Shown here: one piece after another, positions 22,703 to 32,656 of the stretch
Layout: every line of letters begins with the position of its first letter
How positions within the stretch are numbered: position 1 is the stretch's first letter
DNA from: an uncultured Bacteroides sp.
GTDB lineage: Bacteria; Bacteroidota; Bacteroidia; Bacteroidales; Bacteroidaceae
NCBI GenBank assembly: GCA_964444735.1
Contig: CAYUIJ010000002.1
Coordinates: 22,781 to 86,780, forward strand
Length of the DNA stretch: 64,000 nucleotides
Direction of reading: 5' to 3'
Position numbers and translations under genes: made by a program
Notes under the pieces: model-generated
The model's database searches: none
Told to the model about the DNA's origin: nothing
Seen by the model: the letters and a program-made list of their open reading frames with translations, nothing else

Positions 22703-22936
22703 ATGGCGATTCAAGGTAAAGATAAACAAGAGCGAAAGGTTGTTCATCTTCAAATAGATGACCAACATGAATACTTTGGCTCCATAGAGCAGTTGTTTTG
22801 TAAATATACTAAAGAGCAATTAGGTTTTAGTATATATCAAGTCAGAAACAATCTACGTAAACTTGGTATAATGACATCTGCGACTTGTATTATTCGAGTA
22901 GGAGTGTTGCAAACAAAGATAAAAAATGAAAATTAG
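22703..22936 (+). CDS. Small basic hypothetical protein (77 aa), possibly DNA-binding
   Basis: RKVVHL...EYFGSI...QLG...IIRVGVL; has its own TAnnTTTG element. Function inferred only. Confidence 0.6.
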   Translation: MAIQGKDKQERKVVHLQIDDQHEYFGSIEQLFCKYTKEQLGFSIYQVRNNLRKLGIMTSATCIIRVGVLQTKIKNEN

Positions 22937-22956
22937 CACCTTATAATTTATAGTAT

Positions 22957-23702
22957 ATGCCTACTGTATTTGGACAAACAACAAAATGGAATGTTATATC
23001 ATTATACAGATCTTAATGCACTGATAAATATTTTAGCGATCGATAGAATTATATTGAGAGCAACAAATATTTCATAACTTAATGACCCTCATGAACTTAT
23101 TGAAGGAATATCAACTATCAATGAAGTTCCAAAAAAAACGTATTGAACCAGGAGCATTTCGTAACTATTTTATCACTTCATTTTCATCGTGTCAGGACAA
23201 TCTTAATATGTGGGGAATGTATGCCGCTAATGGTAACGGTTGTGCCTTAGCTTTTGACTTTGATGAATTATCAAAAGGGTATGAAATTATGATAAAATGC
23301 ACTTATGGAAAAGATGAAGCAAAACAGAGCTTTAATAATTTTTACAATCTCACTCAAACTGGGGTTTTCACCTCTTTTTTAGGCGCAAAACTTTCAAAAG
23401 AAGAGGAAGAAGCAAATCGTAATGCGTTAGCAGATAATAGTATTATTACCACCTGTTTGGGAGCAAAAAATGAAGCGTATCGTTATGAAAGTGAAACTAG
23501 AGGGGTTGTTTATTGTAATGACTCTAAACATATACGCTTTAGAACACGAAATAATTATATAAATGCGTTGAAAGAAATAGTGATTGGTCCAACAGACAAT
23601 ACTTCTTTAAAAGAGTTGTCTATATATCAATTTCTGCATATTAAGGGCTATAATTTAGATAATATAAAAATCATAAAATCAAACATTCCATATAGGGGGT
23701 AG
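22957..23702 (+). pseudogene. DUF2971-like protein, disrupted
   Basis: LYHYT...LRATNIS*LNDPHE (TAA 23075-23077), frameshift near A8 at 23131-23138, then SFS...DNLNMWGMYA..G.G.AL.FD, K...YRYESETR, EIVIGP, S.IPYR. Confidence 0.8.
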
Positions 23703-23731
23703 ATACATTGTTTTTAGGGTTTACATGAACA

Positions 23732-24147
23732 CTATAAACTTTTTTGTAGTCCTCGTTCAATTTTCCAATCATACGCCCCTCTGCAACATCGCCCACCTCT
23801 TTGAGTGTGTGGCGATGTTTGATTTCGTCAAAGGGCTGCTTATGTTCCGCATAGCCACACAGCCAGTCACCAACCGCCTTTTGAACTTCGGTTGTTTCGC
23901 CATACTCCTGCATCACGCTCTTGATGTCTGCGGCTTCGGATGAGGCGAACAATGACTTGTGCTGCTCCGTTCCGAAATGGATAATCGCATCAACGGCTCG
24001 CTTGAACACCTCGCTTGCTTGGTAGAGAATATCGGCAATGACATTCAGAATTTTCCGGCTGGCTTCCAATGCCCCCTGCAACAAACGGATAGTGTTCAAA
24101 AGCAGCTTATAATGACGGTTCATAACCCGCCAAGTTACATTACACAC
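23732..24147 (-). pseudogene. C-terminal remnant of a Bacteroidales mobilisation (Mob/Pre-type) protein
   Basis: More GC-rich than its flanks; FKRAVDAIIHFGTEQHKS...EVGDVAEG, with a 1-bp shift giving YDWKIERGLQKSL*; no relaxase domain. Family recognised from memory. Confidence 0.5.
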
Positions 24148-24185
24148 AGCTCTTAAAGTGGATAAATCCGATGAATAACTATGTT

Positions 24186-25538
24186 TTAAAATTCGTGTGC
24201 TGCGGTTTGAATCACTTCACCCAATGTAGGATGTGCATGAATGATAGTCTGCATATCGTATACGGTTGCATTTCTGTTCATCAATGCGCAGACTTCTTGT
24301 ACCAGATCAGCCGCATGCGCCCCAAACAAGTGACATCCCAGTATTTTTCCTTCATTGCCGGCCAGGATCTTGCACATACCTTCCGGCTCGTTCATACTGA
24401 CAGCTTTTCCGTTGGCTCTGAAGAATGCTTTTCTGGCTGTAAAGGCTATTCCCCGTGCCTTGCATTGTTCTTCGGTCAAGCCCACCATCGCAGCTTCCGG
24501 TGAAGTGAATACAGCTCCCGGAACGATGTCAAGTCGGATATCATCCTTTTCACCTAAAATGTGATTCAATGCACGCATTCCTTGGAATGTGGCCGCATGT
24601 GCCAGCAAACAGCGTCCGTTTACGTCACCAATTGCATAAATGTGAGGAATGCTGGTTTGCATGTTATCATTTACAGTAATTCCCTTTTTGGTGAACTCTA
24701 TGTCAATATCTGCCAGATTTAAGGAATCTACGTTTGCCGCTCTTCCAACGGCAAGGAGTACGGTATCAGCCCTGCATGATTTTACTGTACCTTTCAGTTC
24801 ATAATTGATACTCAAACTACCATCTGCATTTTTTTCGACAGATTTTACGCCGCCTTGATTGATAATCTCAATTCCTTTTCTGGAAAGAGACTGTTTCAGC
24901 CTTTTGGCAATGTCCGTATCAAAATTCGGCAGAATTTCTTTCATAAATTCTATAACAGTGACTTTGCTGCCAAAGCTGTTGAAGATGGAAGCAAATTCAA
25001 GACCAATAACACCGGCACCGATAATGCAAAGTCTTTGAGGAACATGGTCTATGTCAAGAATTTCTTTCGATGTGATGACATTTTCCTGATGTAAGCCTTC
25101 GACTGGAAGATATTTTGTAACAGAACCGGTAGCGATAATAATATCTGCAGCCTGATATTGATTGCCGTTCACTTCTATAGCATGCTCGTTTTTAAAAGCG
25201 GCCTTGCCATATACAAGTTGTATGTTTTTTTGTTTGAGAAGGGTTTTTACTCCATCTCTTAATGTTTCTACAACCTGATTTTTACGTTCCAGGACTTTCT
25301 GAAAATTAAAAGTAAATGAGCAGGAGTCTATACCAAATGTTTCGGCTTCCTTCAAGTCGTCCATTACTGCCGCATTCCGGCAAAACACCTTGGTAGGGAT
25401 GCATCCTTCGTTCAGGCACGTACCTCCAACCTCCGCAGATTCTACAATTGTTACGGTTTTTCCCTTTCTGGCAGCCAGAACCGCTGTTTCATAGCCTCCA
25501 GCTCCGGCTCCGATAATGATTATATCACTTGTAATCAT
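24186..25538 (-). CDS. lpdA: Dihydrolipoamide dehydrogenase (GCS L protein)
   Basis: GAGAGG, GGTCLNEGCIP, HAHPTLGE; likely start MITSD at 25538. Confidence 0.96.
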   Translation of the reverse strand: MITSDIIIIGAGAGGYETAVLAARKGKTVTIVESAEVGGTCLNEGCIPTKVFCRNAAVMDDLKEAETFGIDSCSFTFNFQKVLERKNQVVETLRDGVKTLLKQKNIQLVYGKAAFKNEHAIEVNGNQYQAADIIIATGSVTKYLPVEGLHQENVITSKEILDIDHVPQRLCIIGAGVIGLEFASIFNSFGSKVTVIEFMKEILPNFDTDIAKRLKQSLSRKGIEIINQGGVKSVEKNADGSLSINYELKGTVKSCRADTVLLAVGRAANVDSLNLADIDIEFTKKGITVNDNMQTSIPHIYAIGDVNGRCLLAHAATFQGMRALNHILGEKDDIRLDIVPGAVFTSPEAAMVGLTEEQCKARGIAFTARKAFFRANGKAVSMNEPEGMCKILAGNEGKILGCHLFGAHAADLVQEVCALMNRNATVYDMQTIIHAHPTLGEVIQTAAHEF

Positions 25539-25621
25539 ATAAACTATAATAATTATGTTTATAAATTCAGACGCAGACAATAGGATATGATTTTATTATC
25601 CGTATTATCCGCGTCAGTGTA

Positions 25622-27085
25622 TTACATTGCCTTCAAGTCTCTATATCTTAGAATAGGATGCCTGGCGGCTGTAGTCTCATCCAGACGGCGTACCGGAGTG
25701 TTGTGAGGCGCGCTCTTGACTTCGTCAGGACATTCAATAGCTTCTTCTGCGACTTTTCGCATAATAGCGATAAATTCATCGAGTGTTTCCAATGATTCTG
25801 TTTCTGTCGGCTCAATCATGATTGACTGGTGGAACAGCAATGGAAAATAAATGGTAGGAGCGTGATATCCATAGTCCAGCAGACGTTTGGCAACATCAAG
25901 TGTAGTCACGCCTGTTGATTTGTCTAACAAACCGTCAAATACAAATTCGTGCTTGCAAACACCTTCAATAGGCAGACAGTAGCGGTCTTTCAGTGATTCC
26001 TTGATGTAATTGGCATTTAATGTAGCCAGTGTGCCTACATATTTGATATATTCTTTTCCGAGTGTGAGAATATAGGTATATGCGCGCATCAGTACCCCGA
26101 AGTTTCCTACAAAACCGGAAACTCTTCCCAATGAATCTTCTGAACGGTACAGGTAGAATGTTCCGTCTTCTGCCTTGCGTACTTGAGGGTCAGGAAGATA
26201 TTCCGCCAAATTCTTCGTAACGCCTACAGGGCCATCACCTGGTCCTCCGCCTCCATGAGGAGTTGAGAATGTCTTATGCAAGTTTATATGCATGATGTCA
26301 AATCCCATATCACCCGGACGGCATTTACCCAACAGCGGATTTAAGTTTGCTCCGTCATAGTATAGCAATCCTCCGCACTCATGTACGAGTTTTGCGATTT
26401 CAAGAATTTCAGTTTCAAACAAGCCTAATGTGTTAGGATTGGTCATCATGATACCCGCAGTAGTATCGTCAAGTAACGGTTTCAGATCTTCTATGTCAAT
26501 ACGGCCATTGGGCTTTGATTTGACTTCTACAATCTGCAAGCCGCATACAGCTGCACTGGCCGGATTGGTTCCGTGCGCGCTGTCTGGTACGATAACCTTT
26601 GTACGTTTCAAGTCACTACGCTTCATGTGATATTGGCGCATAATCATCAGTCCGGTCAATTCTCCATGCGCTCCGGCAAACGGGCTTAATGTAAATTCTG
26701 CCAGCCCGGATATTTCAGCCAATGCACGCGACAGGTTGTAATATACTTCCAGTGTTCCTTGAGTGGTAGAATCCGGTTGAAACGGATGTAATTCTGTAAA
26801 TGAAGGAAGACTGCATATTTCTTCGTTAATTTTCGGATTATATTTCATTGTACAGCTTCCTAATGGATAAAAACCTGTATCTACACCGAAATTCTTGTTT
26901 GATATGTTCGTATAGTGGCGTACAACATCGAATTCACTGACTTCCGGGAGGTCCGCTTCTTCTTTTCTTTTCAGATTTTCAGGAAGTTCTGCCAGCGAGT
27001 ATTTCTTTAGCCTATTCTCCGGAAGAGTATAGCCCTTGCGCCCCTCTTTGGAGAGTTCGAATATCAGTTTATCATAATATTTCAT
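25622..27085 (-). CDS. gcvPB: Glycine dehydrogenase subunit 2
   Basis: PLGSCTMKYNP, SAHGTNPAS, NLHKTFSTPHGGGGPG (PLP lysine), IEPTETES. Confidence 0.96.
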   Translation of the reverse strand: MKYYDKLIFELSKEGRKGYTLPENRLKKYSLAELPENLKRKEEADLPEVSEFDVVRHYTNISNKNFGVDTGFYPLGSCTMKYNPKINEEICSLPSFTELHPFQPDSTTQGTLEVYYNLSRALAEISGLAEFTLSPFAGAHGELTGLMIMRQYHMKRSDLKRTKVIVPDSAHGTNPASAAVCGLQIVEVKSKPNGRIDIEDLKPLLDDTTAGIMMTNPNTLGLFETEILEIAKLVHECGGLLYYDGANLNPLLGKCRPGDMGFDIMHINLHKTFSTPHGGGGPGDGPVGVTKNLAEYLPDPQVRKAEDGTFYLYRSEDSLGRVSGFVGNFGVLMRAYTYILTLGKEYIKYVGTLATLNANYIKESLKDRYCLPIEGVCKHEFVFDGLLDKSTGVTTLDVAKRLLDYGYHAPTIYFPLLFHQSIMIEPTETESLETLDEFIAIMRKVAEEAIECPDEVKSAPHNTPVRRLDETTAARHPILRYRDLKAM

Positions 27086-27088
27086 AGT

Positions 27089-28408
27089 TTACATCTCCTT
27101 TATCAAAGCAATTAGCTTGTCAATTTCTTCTTTTGTTCTCTTTTCAGTAACGCAGAAAGACAGGCAGTCACTTTCTACTTCTATACCACCGAAAATACCG
27201 TTTTTCAATAATTTCTCTTGTACTTTCTTGGATGGAACAAGTGAATGCAATGTGAACTCTTTCAAGAAAGGGCGGTTGTATAAAATCTCAAACTTTCCGG
27301 TAGCAAGCAACTGCTCATATAGATAATGAGCTCCGCTATACGAAAGCTCGTTTACTTCCTGAATGCCTCTTTTGCCCATCAGAGCCATATAAATGGTAAC
27401 ATAAAGCGCCATTAAAGACTGGTTTGAACAAATGTTACTGTTTGCTTTTTCACGTCTGATGTGCTGTTCACGGGCTTGCAGAGTCAGAACGAATGCACGC
27501 TTGCCGTCAACATCCTTGGTTGCGCCTACGATACGTCCTGGCAATTTGCGTACTAAATTTTTAGTACATGACAGATATCCTACATACGGGCCTCCGTAGT
27601 TGAGAGGAATACCCAATGTCTGCCCATCACCACAAGCGATATCTGCTCCCCATTCGGCCGGAGTTTTCAATACGGCCAGTGTTGAGGGGTCCGCATTGAT
27701 TATGAAGAGAGCCTCCTTTGCGTGGATAGAATTTGCAAATCCGTCAAAATCTTCAATGATACCGTATTTGTTGGGGGATTTGACAATAACTCCGGCAACA
27801 TTACCGGCTTCGAGTTTGTTTTCCATGTCGGCTTTGCTGGTTACACCGTTTTCTGCCTGAATTTTTTCAAAGCCGACACCATGGAATTTTGCATAAGTCC
27901 TTACAACTTCCATGATGTTCGGGTTTATTGTTGACGAAACCAGAATCTTATTTTTTTTCTTCCCCGCAGCGATAGCCATCAGCATGGCTTCGGCTGTAGC
28001 AGTTGTACCGTCATACATGGATGCATTGGCGCATTCCATTCCGGTAAGTTCAGAAATCATACTCTGAAACTCGAAAATATATTGAAGGGTGCCTTGTGAT
28101 ATTTCAGGCTGGTAGGGAGTATAAGCCGTTAAAAACTCTCCGCGTGAGATTAATTGTGAAATTACGGCAGGAGCATAATGGTCATATGCACCGGCTCCGG
28201 CAAAAATGGTGAGTTGCTGGTTCTTGTTTCCTAATTCCTTAAAGAATTCTCTTATCTCTATTTCAGAGAGGGCAGAGGGCAGATTATATTCTTTGACAAT
28301 TACGCTTTCAGGTATATCAGCATATAAATCATCCATAGATTTTATGCCAATACGGTCAAGCATATATTGTATATCTGCATCTGTATGCGGAAAATATTTA
28401 TAGTTCAT
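27089..28408 (-). CDS. gcvPA: Glycine dehydrogenase subunit 1
   Basis: FLTAYTPYQPEISQG, NASMYDG, REQHIRREKANSNIC. Confidence 0.96.
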   Translation of the reverse strand: MNYKYFPHTDADIQYMLDRIGIKSMDDLYADIPESVIVKEYNLPSALSEIEIREFFKELGNKNQQLTIFAGAGAYDHYAPAVISQLISRGEFLTAYTPYQPEISQGTLQYIFEFQSMISELTGMECANASMYDGTTATAEAMLMAIAAGKKKNKILVSSTINPNIMEVVRTYAKFHGVGFEKIQAENGVTSKADMENKLEAGNVAGVIVKSPNKYGIIEDFDGFANSIHAKEALFIINADPSTLAVLKTPAEWGADIACGDGQTLGIPLNYGGPYVGYLSCTKNLVRKLPGRIVGATKDVDGKRAFVLTLQAREQHIRREKANSNICSNQSLMALYVTIYMALMGKRGIQEVNELSYSGAHYLYEQLLATGKFEILYNRPFLKEFTLHSLVPSKKVQEKLLKNGIFGGIEVESDCLSFCVTEKRTKEEIDKLIALIKEM

Positions 28409-28478
28409 GGTATATCTCTTTTAAGTGCACAACTTTATAATGTGTACGTATAAAGCTATTAAAAAAACGAATTAAACA

Positions 28479-28506
28479 CCGCACAGAAAGTACGGTTTCT
28501 GTGCGG
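28479..28506 (-). terminator. Hairpin between gcvH and gcvPA
   Basis: CCGCACAGAAA-GTACGG-TTTCTGTGCGG, 11-bp stem. Confidence 0.55.
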
Positions 28507-28527
28507 GTTTCATTCCGGTTCTCTGTA

Positions 28528-28908
28528 TTATTCTTTGCATATGCTTTCATATGTTTGCGCATCCATCAATCTGTCCAACTCAGTAATATCAGAAAGTTCG
28601 ACTTTGATGATCCAGTTCTTGAATGCGTCTTTGTTCAGCAATTCAGGCTCATCGTTCAAAGTTTCGTTTATCTCAACAACGGTTCCGCTTACAGGCGAGA
28701 TAAGATCACTGGCAGCCTTAACACTTTCTACAGCACCGAATTCTGAATCTTTTTCTACTTCCTCGTCAACATCCGGCATATCAACATATACGATGTTTCC
28801 CAAAGCATGCTGCGCATAGTCAGTAATTCCTATATAGCCGAAATTTCCTTCAACCTTAACCCATTCGTGTGATTCTGAATAATACAGACCTTCGATAATT
28901 TTACTCAT
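28528..28908 (-). CDS. gcvH: Glycine cleavage H protein
   Basis: HEWV, GITDYAQ, VESVKAASD (lipoyl lysine). Confidence 0.97.
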   Translation of the reverse strand: MSKIIEGLYYSESHEWVKVEGNFGYIGITDYAQHALGNIVYVDMPDVDEEVEKDSEFGAVESVKAASDLISPVSGTVVEINETLNDEPELLNKDAFKNWIIKVELSDITELDRLMDAQTYESICKE

Positions 28909-28934
28909 TTTGTTACGTTTTTGGTTATACAAAT

Positions 28935-30032
28935 CTATTTCTTATAACTTTTTTGATAGAAACGTTTTTTGCAAACAGTTCCTTTGAATGTTTTTTTGCG
29001 GATGCGTACATCGACTTCCGTTCCCAAAGCGGCATATTGATTGTCAATCAATGCCATGCAAACACTTTTTCCTGTAGAGATTGACTGGTATCCGGTAGTA
29101 ACATAACCAATGCGTACACCGTCCGCTTCAATATCATAACCGTTACGCGGAACAGCTTTTCCCTGCAACTCGATACCTACTACTTTTTGTCCGATTCCGT
29201 GTTCTTTTTGTTGAGCAATAGCTTTTTTCCCGATAAATTCAGGTTTATCCATCTTTACGAATGAACCTAATCCGGCTTCGATTGGAGTGATGTCTTGGCT
29301 CAATTCATGTCCGTAAAGAGGAAGAGCCACTTCGAAACGCAATGTATCACGGCATCCAAGCCCACAAGGAGTTACCTCTTTTGATCCTACCAGAATGTCC
29401 CATACTTTATTGATATATCCGGTGCTGCTGTAGATTTCGAATCCGTCTTCACCAGTATATCCTGTACGGCTGATAATTACTTGTTCGCCTTCAATTTTCA
29501 GTTCCTTAAATGTATAGAATTTGAGATCGGAGACTTTTACGTTCAGATGTTTTTCAATCAGTTCTTCTGCTTTCGGGCCTTGAACAGCTACTTCGGCATA
29601 GTATTCAGACAAATCCGCAATTTCTGCATTGAATCCGGTGCTGTTTTCTTTCATCCAAGCTACATCTTTGGCAATATTGGCAGCATTGATAACCAGGAAG
29701 AATTCATTGTCTCCCTTTTTATAAACCAGTAAATCATCAACGACACCGCCATTAGGATAAAGCATCATGCCATAAAGAACTTTTCCAGAAGTCATTTCGC
29801 GGACATCGTTTGTGAATAAATGTCCAACAAGCTTTTCTGCCTCCGGACCAGTGATAAGCACTTCTCCCATGTGTGAGACATCAAAAATTCCACATGCGTG
29901 ACGCACTGCATTATGTTCTTCTACAATGGATGTATATTGAATTGGCATGTCAAAACCGCCAAACGGATTCATTAAAGCTCCCAGTGCGATGTGCTTGTCG
30001 TACAAACAGGTTCTTTTTAAATTATTTTCCAT
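28935..30032 (-). CDS. gcvT: Glycine cleavage T protein (aminomethyltransferase)
   Basis: FDVSHMG, SRTGYTGEDGFE, GLGCRDTLRFE. Confidence 0.97.
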   Translation of the reverse strand: MENNLKRTCLYDKHIALGALMNPFGGFDMPIQYTSIVEEHNAVRHACGIFDVSHMGEVLITGPEAEKLVGHLFTNDVREMTSGKVLYGMMLYPNGGVVDDLLVYKKGDNEFFLVINAANIAKDVAWMKENSTGFNAEIADLSEYYAEVAVQGPKAEELIEKHLNVKVSDLKFYTFKELKIEGEQVIISRTGYTGEDGFEIYSSTGYINKVWDILVGSKEVTPCGLGCRDTLRFEVALPLYGHELSQDITPIEAGLGSFVKMDKPEFIGKKAIAQQKEHGIGQKVVGIELQGKAVPRNGYDIEADGVRIGYVTTGYQSISTGKSVCMALIDNQYAALGTEVDVRIRKKTFKGTVCKKRFYQKSYKK

Positions 30033-30053
30033 GGTTCAATGATTTATTTAAAG

Positions 30054-31034
30054 TTATTCGTTTTTAAACAATATGCTCATAAATTGTTCGGCATCCAGAT
30101 AAAGAATAATATCTTTAAGCCGGATATTCTTTAAAATATTTCTTATGGTATTTTCTTCATAGATAACATTGGTTAGCGGCTCAAGCAAGCCGTGATCAAG
30201 GTCCCCAATAAGGAAGAAATCGCCCATCAGATTTATCTTTTTTATGATACCGTTTTTCAATTCCATCCGTATCTCCAATTCACCGGCCATTGAGGTCTTT
30301 CCTCGTCTGACCAAAGTATAGCGAGGATTGTTTCCGTAAATAAATTCATCTGTCAGATATTCCTTTTCAATGGCTTGTATTTCTTTTACGTCATTATCCG
30401 GCAACATTATTGTGTCATCACATAATTGTGAACGGACGAATATCTTGAATTCTTCAATGTCCATTGTGAGATATTCTGAAAGATTTGTAACGTGCTGCCT
30501 GATAGACTCAATTCCTTTACTGATCAGTTTTTCGTTAGAAGGGGTTATGGCACGTATCAGATTTTCCATATCGGTATTGAACAACATTGTTCCATGTACG
30601 ATACTTTTTCCGGGTAAATGATAAAAAGCATTGCCTGATACTTTCTTCCCGTTTATCATGATGTCATTACGTCCGGAAGCTTCTGCAGGAACTCCCAGTT
30701 TACGCAATATGAATGCTATCATGCAGATGTATCGGTCGAAAGTAAAGCTTACATTTTCCGCACGCACAATATAAGAGAACATGATGTTGCTGGAATCAGC
30801 ATAAACACATCCGCCTCCGCTTTTTCTACGGTAGGTCTGTATATTGTGCGAGCGACAGAAATCAATGTTTACTTCGTTTTCTATCAATTGGTTCCTTCCG
30901 AAAATGACAGTTGGCGCTACCTGCCACATAAAGAAGCATTCGTCTTCGTCAAGATGGCGGGCTACAAATTCTTCCATTGCCAGATAGAACGGAAGACGAT
31001 GCCGTTTTTTATCAGGTAGTTCGATATATTTCAT
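30054..31034 (-). CDS. lplA: Lipoate-protein ligase A
   Basis: FGRNQ, RRKSGGGCVY, RND...KVSGNA, HGTMLF. Confidence 0.92.
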   Translation of the reverse strand: MKYIELPDKKRHRLPFYLAMEEFVARHLDEDECFFMWQVAPTVIFGRNQLIENEVNIDFCRSHNIQTYRRKSGGGCVYADSSNIMFSYIVRAENVSFTFDRYICMIAFILRKLGVPAEASGRNDIMINGKKVSGNAFYHLPGKSIVHGTMLFNTDMENLIRAITPSNEKLISKGIESIRQHVTNLSEYLTMDIEEFKIFVRSQLCDDTIMLPDNDVKEIQAIEKEYLTDEFIYGNNPRYTLVRRGKTSMAGELEIRMELKNGIIKKINLMGDFFLIGDLDHGLLEPLTNVIYEENTIRNILKNIRLKDIILYLDAEQFMSILFKNE

Positions 31035-31311
31035 TGCAATAATACTTTCTTATTTTTTGCTCAAATATACAGAATATTTTGGATTGTCTTATATAAAAAA
31101 CTATCATTTTGTTTGATAAAAGTTGTAGATAGTCCTTTTGCAATCGTTTGCAACCTACAAAATGATAAAAATATAAATTTTTAACGTCAATTATTTTTTT
31201 TGCGATAGTAACAAAGAATAGATCTCAGAAAAATTCCGATTTTATTGTAGAAAACGCGCATGCAATGAAGCAATGAAATGAAAAGAAACATTTACCGATA
31301 ACAATACAAAA

Positions 31312-31350
31312 GCGAAAGCATAAATCTTCGTATGCAAAAATGCTTTTCGC
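31312..31350 (-). terminator. Terminator-like hairpin after the MBL gene
   Basis: GCGAAAGCAT...ATGCTTTTCGC, followed by T's on the minus strand. Confidence 0.45.
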
Positions 31351-31359
31351 CTTCGTATC

Positions 31360-32001
31360 TTATCTGAGATATATATTATACATTTTCTCATCCCCAACGG
31401 TTGATGACGGGCCATGTCCTGAATATATTTTTGTTTCATCGGGAAGTGTCAGTATTTTTTCCTTGATTCCGTTTATCAGCATTTCTTCTCCTCCTCCTCC
31501 AAAATCAGTCCGTCCGATACTGAACCGGAACAGAACGTCACCGGTAAACAATATATTTTCTTCTTTGCAATAGAAGCATATTGAACCGAGTGAATGTCCC
31601 GGAATATGAAATATACTGAACTTGTGATTGCCAAACAAAATGCTGTCCTTTTCATCCAGAAAACTTTTCAGGGGAACCGGATCTTCGTATTCGCGTATTC
31701 CGAAGACAGCGATTCGTTCTTTTATCTGATCCATCCATGGCAAGTCGGCCTTATGGGCTTCTGCCTTTATGCCGAATTCTTTCCACATGAACGGATTGCC
31801 AAACACATGGTCTAAATGAAGATGTGTATTGAGCAGATGCATAATATTCAGATTATTCTCAAGAATGAATTGTTTTAGCTCATCCTTTTCATTGTCATAG
31901 TAACAGCCGCAGTCAATGACAACGGCTTCTTTGGCTTCATCCCATACTACATAGGTGTTTACGGGAAACATATTGAATTCAAATTTCTTAATGTCAAGCA
32001 T
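31360..32001 (-). CDS. MBL-fold metallo-hydrolase (glyoxalase II-like)
   Basis: THLHLDH, PGHS, GDVLF, SGHG. Confidence 0.93.
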   Translation of the reverse strand: MLDIKKFEFNMFPVNTYVVWDEAKEAVVIDCGCYYDNEKDELKQFILENNLNIMHLLNTHLHLDHVFGNPFMWKEFGIKAEAHKADLPWMDQIKERIAVFGIREYEDPVPLKSFLDEKDSILFGNHKFSIFHIPGHSLGSICFYCKEENILFTGDVLFRFSIGRTDFGGGGEEMLINGIKEKILTLPDETKIYSGHGPSSTVGDEKMYNIYLR

Positions 32002-32013
32002 AGAGTGGACAAT

Positions 32014-32634
32014 TTAAAATGATACATAAACCACTTTCTTTGTATTAAAGAATTCTTCGCTGAAATAAGCGTTCAGATTATATATAATGGTACGGCTTTT
32101 GAACTGCATGATTTCGTTTTGCAAATCTCCTCCTTTCAGGCATATCAATCCGTTGGGATGTGCGTTCTTTGATTCTTTTGAAATGTTTTTTCGTATGATT
32201 TTGACCAGATTATTCAATGGAGTAACCGCGCGGCTGACTACAAAATCAAACATCTGTTTTTCTTCTTCGGCCCGGCAATGTCTTAAACTGACATTTTGAA
32301 GTCCGATAGCTGTTGATATTTCGGTTGCTACCTTTATTTTCTTTCCTATACTGTCTACCAGATGAAAATGACATTCAGGAAACATTACTGCCAGAGGTAT
32401 TCCGGGGAATCCTCCGCCGGTTCCCAAATCCATGATTTGTGTTCCGTTTCGGAAGTTTATGATTTTTGCAATGCCCAGAGAATGCAATACGTGGCGCTCA
32501 TACAGATTGGCTACATCTTTACGCGATATTACATTTATTTTAGCGTTCCAATCGGTATATAAGTCATAAAGGGCAGCAAACTGCTTTTTCTGCTTTTCGG
32601 TAAGTTCCGGAAAATATTTTAATATAATGTCCAT
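32014..32634 (-). CDS. rsmG: 16S rRNA m7G527 methyltransferase
   Basis: RHVLHS, DLGTGGGFPG, VSRAV, LKG. Confidence 0.96.
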   Translation of the reverse strand: MDIILKYFPELTEKQKKQFAALYDLYTDWNAKINVISRKDVANLYERHVLHSLGIAKIINFRNGTQIMDLGTGGGFPGIPLAVMFPECHFHLVDSIGKKIKVATEISTAIGLQNVSLRHCRAEEEKQMFDFVVSRAVTPLNNLVKIIRKNISKESKNAHPNGLICLKGGDLQNEIMQFKSRTIIYNLNAYFSEEFFNTKKVVYVSF

Positions 32635-32656
32635 TAAGATAAGGGTTGTAAAAGTT

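Larger units (their letters stand above)
19450..24150. mobile_element. Decayed integrative/mobilisable element carrying a type II R-M system
   Basis: Visibly AT-rich block between convergent atpG and lpdA; R-M pair, pseudogene, mob C-terminal remnant, CTGATWATCA motifs at the left end. Boundaries approximate; no integrase. Confidence 0.55.

Noticed and set aside
31035-31350. Glycine riboswitch upstream of the gcv operon
   Set aside because: No GGAGA...CCGAAG...CTCTCAGG aptamer pattern seen.
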